From Macrostomum lignano (taxonomy: Eukaryota), in assembly GCA_002269645.1 (NCBI GenBank), contig NIVC01002440.1, positions 109,484 through 173,483 of the forward strand: a stretch of DNA of 64,000 bases, in the 5' to 3' direction. The position numbers and the translations under genes are program-made. Positions 46,084 to 59,300 of this stretch are shown in pieces. Under the pieces are notes generated by a model, which made no database searches, was not told where the DNA came from, and saw only the letters and a program-made list of their open reading frames with translations. The first letter of the stretch is position 1. The number at the start of each line of letters is the position of its first letter.

Positions 46084-47373
46084 GCTGAGAAAGTTGTTCT
46101 TTTTTCTTCTGCCTTAATTGCTGCTTCACAGGTAAAAGTTATTTAGATTAGGGGTAGGCCTAATTAAATCTGAAGTTAAGAACGCTACACGCTAGGTAGC
46201 AAAATGCGAATTGGAATAATATGTGATCAATTTATGCAGAATTAAAAAATGTTAAATAAAATTTTATCCCAATGTACTAAATCTTATTTTGCTATAACAG
46301 TTTTGCTATAACTTGCTATAACAGATATGAATCTGGAGAATCTATATAACCTGTACGTACACTAAATTTACCGGAATTTACGGAATAACAGATTTTTGCG
46401 TCGTGTCAAGAAAAAAAACAAAGTCGCTTACGCACAATAACTAAGTTGCAGAACTACCTAAAATTGATTATATTTTTAAAAAATATACCTTAAAATAACA
46501 CTTATTATTGCTGAATATATGCTCAAATTATGTTGACAGTGTAAACAAGCCAAACCTAATTTAAACTGAAGTTCAAGTATGAATTGAACGCGTTCGATAA
46601 GGCATAATTCATACAATCCGGTTTTTAAAGGCACTACAGAGGTTGCCAGATAAATGGCGATTAAATAAATAAATACTACGCGGTCTATTAGCTTTTGACA
46701 TCTGATATTTGGTTTTATTTACTACAATCACTTAAATGTGCTGCTAATACAAATTTCTGTGCCGCAAAATTTTCATATTCAAATTTTACTGCACAAGATT
46801 TTTTGCTTGCTTTGGACGGACAAAGGCTAAAATTTTCTAAACGTAGTTTCGATTAGACCAACATATTGTGACTCATAACTCACTCGAAACATTTAATATG
46901 CATGCAATACAGAGATTTTATAAATTTTCGATTTAATTTTCGGAATAGTAACATCACTCATCACGACATCAGTATTAAATTTGTTACACAGGCACATGAG
47001 AAATTTGTTTTGATTATTGATTAGGATGCATAAAAGCAATAGTTTTAGACTATATAGCGCTGGCAATTTCCTTTTAAGTAGCAGGGAGTGCAAAATGAAA
47101 AGCTGCTGAAATTATGTTTGTTCTGAGATTTACTTCATTAGATTTCTGATTTAATCTGATTGCACTGATTTAGATGCTAACAAAACTTATTTAGTAACTT
47201 TCAGTCACCAATATTTTTAGAAAGAATTGCTCATCTGCATTTTTGGATTATAAATACACTCTGGTTTCTTGTCGCAGCTTTATCAAAATATAAAAACTTT
47301 TACAATGCACGCATGAAGCTTCTGATGCTGATACTTTTTCAGGGTCACTTCGTTAATTTCTGAAGTCCACCGA

Positions 47374-50300
47374 ATGGATAAAAATTTCCTTTCAAAAAAG
47401 GCGCCTGCCAGGAGTCAGGTGTCAAAGCAGGCTCCGCCGCAGCTGCTACAGAAGCCTCCACCGCTGCCTGAGATTCAGCAGCAACAGAAGCAGCAGCCGC
47501 CACCGCCACTGCAGCAGCAGCAGCAGCAGCAGCAGCAAAAAGTATCACAACCCCGCAGGCCATTAAAACGATTGCCAAGCGTGGCCGGGCCACTCGACAG
47601 AGCCGGGAGCCCAGCCTACAGCATGTCGTCTTTCGGAGTTGAGGATAAATATGGCGGCCTGTTTGGGAGCGATGATGACGACATTTTGAATGAGCAGGAG
47701 CTGCGTTCAGCGGAGGCTTCGCCGCAGCGTTCGCCCAGGTTTGAATCGCCAACCGGGTCGGTTGAGCCGCTGCGAAAGGCCGCCAAGTCGGAGGTCGTCG
47801 CTGACGTGTTCGAACGGTTCAGACTGAGAGACGGCTTGCTGGCGGTAAGATGGATGATCGCCCCGAGAACACTACGATCCAGAATTTTCTTGGAGTTCCC
47901 TAAATGTACAAAATATTTGTTACATTTCTTTCTTGAAACTCTTGAACTTTGCAGAGAAAGTTAGAAAACATTGCGGTCGAAGACTCCACGGTGTTTTTCA
48001 GCTCGGACGGAGCCGCTCCGAGGAGCGAAAGAATGCCGGTTTGGTCCAGCCTGCTGACCGACCTCACCCTCAAGCACCTTTCTGCGGCGCTGGTAGGCAG
48101 ATTCTCATAAATATTTTTCATTTGACAAGCTAAACTTATGAAAAATTCAACAACAATTCTTATCTGATGCTGTAACCCCGATTCCTTGCAGGCCATGAAG
48201 GCCGAGAAGGCTGCAGCCGATCGCTTTCGCCTATCGTTCAGGGGCGAAAGTCACATCACGGACGAGGGAATTCGCTGGCTCTGTGAAACTCTCAAGGGCG
48301 GAGATGCGAGTCGGGCTAAGGTGAGAGCGATAGGTGCAGGCATCAGTCAGTGAGTAGTGGCTAAGGTGAGAGCGATGGGTGCAGGCATCAGTGAGTGAGC
48401 AGTGGCTAAGGTGAGAGCGATGGGTGCAGGCATCAGTCAGTGAGCAGTGGCTAAGGTGAGAGCGATGGGTGCAGGCATCAGTCAGTGAGCAGTGGCTAAG
48501 GTGAGAGCGATGGGTGCAGGCATCAGTCACGGAATGGCAAAGAAACCAGCTGCCTTCAATTGCTTTGATTGCAGACCCTAACGGTGGATGCGGACATCCG
48601 CCAGTGCCCCGGACTCACTGCTAACTCCGTCCATCTGCTGCTCAACACATTCGGCTCCAAATCGACAGTTCGCAGCGATCTGCTGTCCGGCATTCCGGAC
48701 AGCCCGGCCGAGCTGCAGCCGGATCTGTCCGCCGCTCTGTCAGTGTCCAGCCTGCTGTTCCTGACGCCGCCGGACCTGCAGTACAGCCCGCTGCGCACCG
48801 TGAAGGAGTGCCGCCTCAGGCCGGCTGTGCGGGGAACGGCAGCGGACTCGCAATTCATGGAGGCCGGCGGGCTGCTCAAAGTGGCTGCGGTTGAGCTGTG
48901 CCTGTCGGTGAGCGTACTCCTGCGTTTTATCAACTCCAAAAAATGGCTTGAAAAAAAACGTTTAATTATTTTAACAAGGATGCCCAACATATGAATGTTT
49001 GTCCTCCGCCGAGGGGCTCTCCCAGAGCGGAAAAACATGAAAGAATTGGGATTTCCCGTGAGCTTACTCTGTCACCGTCTCCATTTGAAAGGTTGCAGCT
49101 CATTTAAATCCCCACGCTTCTTTGTTTGTCCCCTTGGAGAGCCCGGAATAGGCCAGATCAGCGGGATTTCAGCATCAGTTCTGCTGTCTGTCTGCAGAAT
49201 CAAAAGTGCATGAAATTTCACAGCCCCTTCGCAACCCCGCGCGCAGGCCTACAACACGCAGTTCTTCACCAGCCAGCCGGATCAGGTTGTGATCGCCGTG
49301 GAAAACGATTTTGACAGCGCCGTCGCCCACGTGACCGCCTGTCTGACCAACTTCGTGTCTCGGGTGAGTTCTTGAGTACTTGAGTACGTGAGTTCTTGAG
49401 CCAACTGATAAGCACTGAGCAAGATTGCAACTGAAATCCCACATCCACTACTCATAGGAGAACCCAGTGCTCAGGAAGAGGACCGCCCCCAAGCCGCGCC
49501 TGGTCCTGCAGCAGCCCGCCGCCGCCATTCCCGTTGTCAGTCGAGAGGCGCCAGTGCAGCTGAAGACCGCCTCGAAATTGAACTTGATTACAAAGAAAAA
49601 GCAGACTAAGAAGGTCAAAAAGTCCAAAGGCGCCGTGTTTGATGAGGCACAGATGGACCTGGAGATGCTGCAGTCCGAATACCAAGAAGGGGATCAGCTC
49701 CAGGAGCCCGCGGTGCTGCAAACAACCGAAGCAGGCCTATGCGCTGCAGCCAAAGTGGAGCAGGGCTGGGTGTAAGTGGAGCAGGGCTGGGTGTAGGTGG
49801 AGCAGGGCTGGGTGTAAGTGGAGCAGGGCTGGGTGTAAGTGGAGCAGGGCTTGGTGTCAAAGTGGAGCAGGGCTGGGTGTAGGTGGAGCAGGGCTGGGTG
49901 TAAGTGGAGCAGGGCTGGGTGTAAGTGGAGCAGGGCTGGGTGTAAGTGGAGCAGGGCTGGGTGTAAGTGGAGCAGGGCTGGGTGTCAGTGGAGCAGGGCT
50001 GGGTGTCAGTGGAGCAGGGCTGGGTGTAAGTGGAGCAGGGCTGGGTGTCAGTGGAGCAGGGCTGGGTGTCAGTGGAGCAGGGCTGGGTGTCAATGGAGCA
50101 GGGCTGGGTGTCAGTGGAGCAGGGCTGAGTGTAAGTGGAGCAGGGCTGGGTGTCAGTGGAGCAGGGCTGGGTTTCAGTGGAGCAGGGCTGGGTGTCAGTG
50201 GAGCAGGGCTGAGTGTAAGTGGGTGCAGTGACTTGACCATCCCAAGCCTTCCTATTCCAGGCTACCCCTGCTAAACCGAGGCGGCGCCTTTCTGAGCCGG

Positions 50301-53300
50301 CAGCCGCTGAAGCAGACTCCCCTGTGCGGCTTCTCAGTGCAGAGCGCGAGCCGCTCTTCCTTCAGCGCTGGGATTGGGAAAATTTCGGCAAAATTCTTTG
50401 ACAATCCTCAACTGGCGCAGCTGCAGGAGCAGCTCGAGCAGTCAGCGGGAGTTCTGCTGCTCTTCAGCAGCAAAAATCCGAATCAATAGTAAGCAGCCGG
50501 TGCGAATTAACTTTGTTGCAAACGATGCAGGCTTGCAGTCAGTTGCTTTTCCCCATCCGCAGCATGCTGACCTGCAGCTACGCCAGGCCCGATGGCGGCA
50601 GAACGAAGACCCAGAGCATCCCCATCGCAGCCGCCGCAGAGTTCCAATTCGCCGTAGAAATCTCGGACCCGATCGACAGCAAGGACGCCTGCCACGTCAG
50701 CGTTTTCGTTAACCAAGACTTGCTTCAAGACTTTCAAGTCCGAACGAGCGCTCTGTTCGGCGATGCGTCCGAGTTGACGCACGGCTTCGTCTCCTGGGCC
50801 GCCGCGGACGTGTCCGAGAAGATGGGCTTCTGCCAGATCGACAAGGCGCTGACCAACGAGGACATTAAGAAGCACCTGGACCAGCTGAAGATGACAGGAG
50901 ACGTGGAAGTCAGCGACGAGGGCGCGCATCGGACGCGATTTCGCATCCTTTGCCGCAAAATCGACCATCAGCGAGGAGGCGCTGACCGGCTTCGCTCGGC
51001 CGTCCAAGATGCCATGAAGGCCAACGCGGCAGCGCTGGAAGCAGCATCTCTGGCTGCAGCAGAGTCGGCTGCGAGGACGCAGGGCTTCGAAGCGGAGCGG
51101 CGCGCAGCGGAGTCGCTGGTGGCAGCGGAACGAGTGCAGCGGTTCCTGCGGACTCGCTTCGACCAAGAGCTGGACATCTTCGACGCCGAGGCCGACGGTG
51201 GAGGGGGCGAGGGCGGACTTCGAGACCTGCGCCAGGCGCTCATAGAGACTGCGGTTGCCGCCTTCTCCGCGCTGGCGCCTGCGGCCTCAGCGCACGCGGC
51301 GACCACAGAAGTCGTCGTCGCTGCGTGCCGAAAGTTGGCGAGCAAGGAGGCTGGCGGCCGGCTGGTTTCCGTGGACCAGCTGGCGGGCAACACGGAGATC
51401 GACCGGACCTTCTTGACTCACGATTTGGACTGGCTGCACCAGAGGGTGAGTCGCCTCAGCTTGTGATGCAAAAATTCTCGGCACTACACGAACAATAAGC
51501 GCATATTGAATTTTTTCAGGGCATCATCATCTATCTGAAGCGCCTCCGCATCGTGGTAGCCGACCCGCCATGGTTTTTCACCCTGCTGGAGTCGCTGCCA
51601 TTTGAGCCGCCCCTGTTTGCCGGGCCGCTGCTGCCCGGACTGAGCCCCGGGGCCGGAGTGTGGAGCCAGCTGGGTCTGGACAAGTCGCTGCAGCAGGCCG
51701 GCTTGTCCGTGCAGGAGGTGAGCGGATCATCTACTCAACCACTTTCTCAGTCACCAGCTCAAATAACTAGCTCAATCAGCTACTCAATCACTTGCTCAAT
51801 CAGCTGCTCAATCACTTGCTCAATCAGCTGCTCAATCACTTGCTCAATCAGCTGCTCAATCACTTGCTCAAATAACTAGCCCAATCACTTGCTCAATCAC
51901 TTGCTCAATCACCTGCTCAATCACTTGCTCAATCACTTGCTCAATCAGCTGCTCAATCACTTGCTCAATCACTTGCTCAATCACCTGCTCAATCACCTGC
52001 TCAATAACTTGCTCAATCACTGGCTCAACCACTTGCTCAATCAATTAGCTCAATCACCTGCTCAATCACCTGCTCAATCACCTGCTCAATCACCTGCTCA
52101 ATAACTTGCTCAATCACTGGCTCAACCACTTGCTCAATCAATTAGCTCAATCACCTGCTCAATCACCTGCTCAATCACCTGCTCAATCACTTGCTCAATC
52201 ACTTGCTCACCACTTGCTCACCACTTGCTCAATCACATGCTCAACCACCTGCTTAATCACCTGCTCAATCACCTGCTCAATCACTTGCTCAATCACTTGC
52301 TCACCACTTGCTCAATCAATTAGCTCAATCACATGCTCAACCACCTGCTTAATCATCATTGCAGATGGACCACCTCATCAGCATATTCAAGGACTCCGGA
52401 GCCCTGCTAGAGGTGCTTCCAATTCGAGAGTCGCCTGCCGATGCCAAGCTGTTCTACACCAACATGTTCTGTGCCAACGCCAGGCAGCTGGACTGGCCTG
52501 TTAAGTCCGCCAAGGACGCCGAAGGCCTGGGTCTCGCGGCCGTCCACCGCTGGTACCGCGGCATCAACCTGAGTGCGGACCGAATCCTGCCGGCCCTCAG
52601 CTCGCTGACGTCGCATCTCGGCTCCCTCTGCTGCCTGTCTGCCCGCGGCTTCGTCAGGTGTCTGTGGGGAGCGGAGGTGGCGGTGCACTTTGACGATGAG
52701 GAGCGGCTGCTGAGGCTGACTGCCTACCAGCCTGCTGGAGCAAGCTCTGGTGGAGCGGCTGAGGCCACTCAGCGGATGCTGTGGTCCGCACTGCACCTGT
52801 TCACGGACTGCGCTGACTGCCTCATGATGAGGCACGGCGTCATCGCGGAGACTGCGCCATCGAATGGCGAACCGGGTAGGCAGCGGGACTGCTCCGGGGT
52901 TTTGGGAGGGTTTCAAGAAATTCTGAGTCCATGGTTGATTGCATGCAGTGGGAATTCTGAGTCCATGGATGATTGCATGCAGTGGGAATTCTGAGTCCAT
53001 GGTTGATTGCATGCAGTGGGAATTCTGAGTCCATGGATGATTGCATGCAGTGGGAATTCTGAGTCCATGGTTGATTGCATGCAGTGGGAATTCTGAGTCC
53101 ATGGATGATTGCATGCAGTGGGAATTCCGAGTCCATGGTTGATTGCATGCAGTGGGAATTCCGAGTCCATGGTTGATTGCATGCAGTGGGAATTCCGAGT
53201 CCATGGATGATTGCATGCAGTGGGAATTCTGAGTCCATGGTTGATTGCATGCAGTGGGAATTCCGAGTCCATGGTTGATTGCATGCAGTGGGAATTCCGA

Positions 53301-56300
53301 GTCCATGGTTGATTGCATGCAGTGGGAATTCCGAGTCCATGGATGATTGCATGCAGTGGGAATTCTGAGTCCATGGATGATTGCATGCAGTGGGAATTCC
53401 GAGTCCATGGTTGATTGCATGCAGTGGGAATTCTGAGTCCATGGATGATTGCATGCTTACACACGCGTGAACGCCTGTCTTCATTTACTTTGAGGCTCAT
53501 GAATCAAAATTTTTATGGGCTTGTCCGATTCACGTAAGATGCGCATCCGTGTGCATGCCCTGAGCTAGTTCTGAGGCCACAGTTGACCCACAGGCAGAGA
53601 GAAGGCCAGCAGTTATGGTCGCTTCCCTGGTCCCTGAGCACGCGCACGGATTAGTACAAAAGCGCACCATCATTGATTGTGCAGCGGCCCTGACTTTCCT
53701 GCGCTGAGGGTCTCCTGTCGCCCAAAAAGCCACCCTCACGAACTACCCGGTAACAAACTGGCCAGCGCAACCGCCGTTCCCCGCCTGAGCAGAGAACTGC
53801 TCCGTCCACAGCGAGCACTGCTGGGAGCTGCAGCAGCTGGACGGCGAGCCGCAGCAGTCGGTCTGCTCGCTGTGCGGCAGCTGCTCGGTCGGCGGCTCCG
53901 ACTGCGCCTTCAACCGGATCGACTCCGGCGCTCCCGGCCGCTGCCTCTGCGGCGCCCTCGGCGGCGCCAGCTGTGACTCCTGCGGCGTCTGCGGCCGCTG
54001 CGCCGCGCGGCTCTGGGCGGTGGGCAGTGATGTGCGGCCCAGCCGTGTCCTGCCGGGCTACATCGACGATGGCGACATTGCGGACAGCAGCCGGTGCGTG
54101 CGGCTCTGCCCCAGCGCCCCGCTGCAGTCGGTGCTGGCGCCTGAGGTCAGCTTCAGCATCAGCCCCAGTGGTTCCCAGCAGCAGCAGCTCAGCGTCCTGC
54201 TTTGGGAGTGAGTTGACGACTAATTTTTTGGGGCTGTATAGTTAAAAAAAGTCTCATTGAAAAGTTTTGCAAAGTGTTGGTGCTTCAGAATGGCTTCTTG
54301 GCAACAATCAGTCATGAATCAAAACTGATCAGAGAGTTATCAGAATACGAAAACTTTTTGGGGTTTAGGAAGATGAAGCAGAACTTGACTCGATGACCTC
54401 TGCTCGCTTCTGCTATTTTAGAAAGCATACGCCGAGGTACTTGGAGGTTTATCCAAAGCTATCCGAAAGCCAGACAGGTGAGAAAATGAAAACTTTTTAT
54501 AATGATATTTAGAAGCCTGAATATGCGTTTGCTGCACCGTGCCCGCAGATGCGGTTTTCTCCACAAGCCAGGTGCTGCTGGAGGAGCCGATTACTGTCAC
54601 CTTCCGGCTGTCCGCTGTTAATGTGAGCGCGGCTTGCTGTTTTAGCTCTTGCCGATAAATGGTGATTGGGATCCCCACTGGTTGGCCTTCCAGCCCGTTG
54701 ACGATGTAATGGACGGCGCACTCAGCGTGGACCGCAGGTTCAGCTTCGCTCTGAGGTCCTTCTGCTCGGTGTGGCAGGAGACGGGCGTCGCGTTCTACTG
54801 GTTCAACACGCTGCAGGAATCTGCTGGGCTGGCCGCCTCCAACATATTCGTTCCCGTGGCCACCCTGATCGGGGAGAGACGCCTGACCAGGAGCAGCAGT
54901 TCGTTTGAGATTTGTAAGTTGCCGGACTGCGGAACTCAATCGAAACCAGAACCACTGGCGTACGTCGCTTAACTGTAAGTGACTTCATTGCAGGCATTGA
55001 GAACAAGGGCGTTAAAGGAAATATTTCCATTGGAGTCGTGCCGGCCGACTTTCCCGTGATGGCCCAGCCCGGCACGCTGCCTGGCTCTGTTGGTTACAGC
55101 GGCGTGGACGGCAGGTGATAGAGCTCCTGATTGATGGTGCTAGACTAAGACAACTCAGTTGAAGCTGAGCCGGACTCAAAGCCAATGCATTGCAAATGCA
55201 AAATATCCACGCCATCTTGACACAAACCGCAGACTGCTCACAGCTGGCGGAGCGGCAGAGCCGGACCCGAAGTTCAAGTTCTCCGGCCCGAAGCGGCCCC
55301 GGGCTGCCACGTGCGCTGCCAGCTGCGGTTCGTGGGCCCCAGCCGGGCGCGGGTCCTGTTCTCGGTGGACCAGCGGGGCAGCGGCTCGTTCGAGGACTGC
55401 CACGTCAGCGAGCCGGTGGACGTCCCGCCCACGGGGCTGTTCCCCTGCGTTACTATGCAGTCGCCCAGGGAGGCTGTGCGGCTGACCAACCGAATTCCCT
55501 GGCTGCCAGCGACCTACGCTGAGCAGCTCCCGGTCGGTGTGACGGAAGACTTCCCGGATGACCCTGCCGACACAGCCGCTGTTGCGAAGATTTTCCCCGA
55601 AGACAGCCGCCTGCTCTGCCTGAAGGAGAAAACCGAGATGCAGCCCAGCTTCTCAGCTGTAGTCGCTCTGCAGCTGCTGGCCCCCGGGCAGACGGAGTTG
55701 AAGGTGAGAAACCGTTATAAAAACAATTATTGAGGCACTGTTCACCTTCCGCAGTAATCTGTACGAGCTCACGGAATTCCAGGTGACTTCATCCCGTCAC
55801 GTGATCTGCAACTCTGCCACGGTGGACCCGGGTGCCGCAGTGTCAGGCGGCGAGCAGGATCAGAAGCGGACGGCGTACTTCGCATTGTCGCCCAAAGATC
55901 AGGAGAGAATCGTGATTCTCAACGTGCTCATTTTGTACCCAAAAGAGAGCAGCAAAGACCCGGATTCGAGTCCCGACGCTCAGTCGCTGGAGTTTTCGGA
56001 ATTCCTGCGCAAAGAGTGCAGTCTGGAGATCTCGCTGGACAACAAGTCGGCGGGGCACCAGGAGAAGCGGCTGACCTTCGATCTGCAGCCGGAGATGTCG
56101 CGGCACAACTCGGCACCTCTCGTGGCTCTTCAGGACAGGGAGGAGAACAGAATGAAGCTGGGCGGCTCGTGCGACCTGTTGGAGGTGCTGGAGAATGGAG
56201 TTACCGTCCGAAAGGTGCTCGTGCCGCGCAGGAACTACGGCTGGGTTTTCAACGCTTCGGCGGGTGCCGCCGTCTGCGTCAGCGCTTCGAATTTCCCGGT

Positions 56301-59300
56301 GGGTTTTTAATGAATATCTTCTTCTGTTTCCAACGGCACAGTGAAACTCATAGACCGCTCCAACTCCAGGCCGTGAACTACTCGAGAGAGCTCAGCCCTG
56401 GCGACTGGCTGAGACTCGAAGCCGGGAAGTCCGGAAAACCCGGCGGCGAACTCAGCAGGGTCGTCAAGGCCGACTCCAAGTCGGTTACTCTGCAACCGGC
56501 AGACGCCGCACTGGCTGCAGTGACGGTTGAAATCAGTGCTGGCAGCTTCAGAGCTCCCGACCGGCTGGACAGAGCGAACTTCAGCTGTAAGCGCGTAGCA
56601 TTAGAAATAGCATTAGAAATAGCATTAGAAATAGCATTAGAAATACTCCGCTGCAGGTGGACAGCTGCGCTAACGGCCTGCTTAACTCGCGCACCACTTC
56701 AGCCTCAGCGATCAGCGATCCTGCGCTACCGATACCCAATTTCCCCAGCCCGAACGTCCTGCCCCGCTGGAATCAGACCAGCGACCTGACGGACGACTCC
56801 ATCCTCTACGGCCAGCCCTGCCGCTGCGTCGGCTTCCGAGGGCCCGCCGGCTTCGGCCGCAGTGTGCTGGCGTCTCTGGCGAAGAAGGCCGGCGTTGGCC
56901 ACGGCTTCCTGTGGGTTTTCCTGCCCGAACTCACCAGCGAAGAGGGCCGCCTGTTGTGCCAGCCCAGCATCCTGGATGTAGCAGATTCTGGCAAACTGAA
57001 AGCGCACCTGCTGTGCAACAGCGGTTAGTAAACACCGTGCTCAGTGGATTCCGTCTGAGTTCCTTACTGGGACCATTTTCACTAAATCATTGACTCCCTG
57101 CTTAACTAACACGCAGGTTCCGTGACGGACGTGCACCTGGTGGACTCTGCAGGAGTGAAGCACCCACTGCCATCAGCTCTGGACTGCCACCTGACAGCAC
57201 AGGCTGCCGTCAGGGCTTTGATGCAGCACAGGGTAAGGGGCTGAATACCAGCTGATGCTGCCGCTCCACCCACCATCAGCTGATGCTGCCACCCCACCCA
57301 CCCTCAGCTGATGCTGCCACCCCACCCTATCCTTAGCTGATACCCCACTCACCCTCAGCTGATGCCGCCACCCCACCCACCCTCAGCTGATGCTGCCACC
57401 CCACCCACCCTCAGCTGATGCTGCCACCCCACTCACCCTCAGCTGATGCCGCCACCCCACCCACCCTCAGCTGATGCTGCCACCCCACCCACCCTCAGCT
57501 GATGCCGCCACCCCACTCACCCTCAGCTGATGCTGCCACCCCACCCATCCTCAGCTGATGCCGCCACCCCACCCACCCTCAGCTGATGCCGCCACCCCAC
57601 TCACCCTCAGCTGATGCTGCCACCCCACCCCCCCTCAGCTGATGCTGCCACCCCACCCCCACCCTCAGCTGATGCTGCCACCCCACCCCCACCCTCAGCT
57701 GATGCTGCCACCCAACCCCCACCCTCAGCTGATGCTGCCACCCCACCCCCACCCTCAGCTGATGCTGCCACCCCACCCCCACCCTCAGCTGATGCTGCCA
57801 TGCCACGAGCTGCTCACCGGCCCCGGCCATTGCCGCTCAGTTGCGGAGGCTGTCGTGAAGCGGCTGCTGTTGCTCGGAGCCGCCCTCTCGCACTGGCGCA
57901 GCCTCTTCGCCGCATCAGCCGCTGAGCAGCCCGATGGACTCGAAGACCTCAAGAAGCGCCTGACTGCGGAGTTCACTCAGCCCCCTGGCGGGCCGCTGGT
58001 TCTGCAGGCGCAGCAGCAGCAGGGCCAGGACCTGCAGCCCGTGTGCAGGGCTCACCAGCTGGCTGCCGGCAGCCCGACCCTCATTGACGAGCTGGTCGGC
58101 TCCGCAGCTGCAGGCGAGGGAGAAGCGGCTGTGGCGGCCACTCTGGCCACTTTCGGCAGCTGCGTCCGCTCGGCCCTCATCAGCTCGCGCCTCATCAGCA
58201 GCGCCTCCTGCCTGACGGGCCTCACCGGATTAGAGACTCTCCATCTGCACAGGATGGAGAAGATGCAGAGTCTGGACAAAAGCTGGCCGATGCAGCGCCT
58301 GCGAAGCCTCACGATAACCCAGTCCGACCTGCTGTCAATTGACTGCAACGCTCCTAATCTGCAGAGCCTCACCATCAGCATCGCGAAGGTCTCACAGCTG
58401 CCAAACACCTGCAGCACCAAGCTCGAGTCTCTGACGCTTGACAGGTGCCTCATCACTGCCCTTCCAGCATCCATCGGACAGCTAGACAGACTAACCATGC
58501 TGCACCTCCTGCAGCTGCCGATCCGCACTCTGCCGAAGGAGTTCGCCAACCTGCGCTCGCTGCAGGAGCTCGTCATCGACGGGATTGCTTGGCCTGACAG
58601 AGTGGCGGACCAGATGGATGAGCACGACAGCGGCGCGGGAACAGCATCGCCTTTGGATGCGACTTACCTGCGCAACCCTGGCGTCACACTGGCGGGCCTG
58701 GAGCCCGTGCCGCCGGAGCAGCAGTTCTTCAGCCTGCTCATCACGAGGAGCAAGCCAAACGGATCGCGGACTGCCGCGGCCTTCACTACATGCTGACTGA
58801 CGTGCCGCGCATGGGGCTGGAGAGCGTGGACGATGATGAAACCGGCGGGATCCCGCCCTGCCTGTTCGAGCTGACCAACCTCAGGGAGCTGCGACTTTCG
58901 CATCAGGTAAGCGGGATATGTGGCTTCTTAAATACTCCTTTGAGACTGTTTTTTTTAGATAAACTTTATCAGTGGCCATTGGAGTGCACAAGCGTCACAT
59001 CTCACTGCAGGCAATCCATCAAGTTCCTGACAAGATAAAAAGCTTGAAAAAGCTGCAAAGGCTGGTCCTCGATCACAATCCGAGGCTGAAGTCCCTGTCG
59101 CCCTGTCTGTCTGAGCTGCCACAACTGAGTCACGTGGACGTGTCCAGGTGCCCGTCTCTGCAGACTCCGCCTGTGGAGGTTGCCAAGAGGGGCTCGAGCG
59201 CTATGCTCAGCTACCTCAAATTTCTCGCTTCCGACCAAGTGGAGTGCAAGAGAACAAAGCTGATGTTTGTCGGACTGGGTAAGTTTCCGGGTCTCTCCTG

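Noticed and set aside
50390-50399. Apparent stop (GKIL*) splitting the Roco gene
   Set aside because: Using the GTAAGT donor at 49772 (phase 2) gives an open, GC3-rich frame through 50488 that splices in phase to 50563.
52407-53500. 337-aa and related minus-strand ORFs
   Set aside because: Derived from the 34-bp intronic array plus antisense of an exon.
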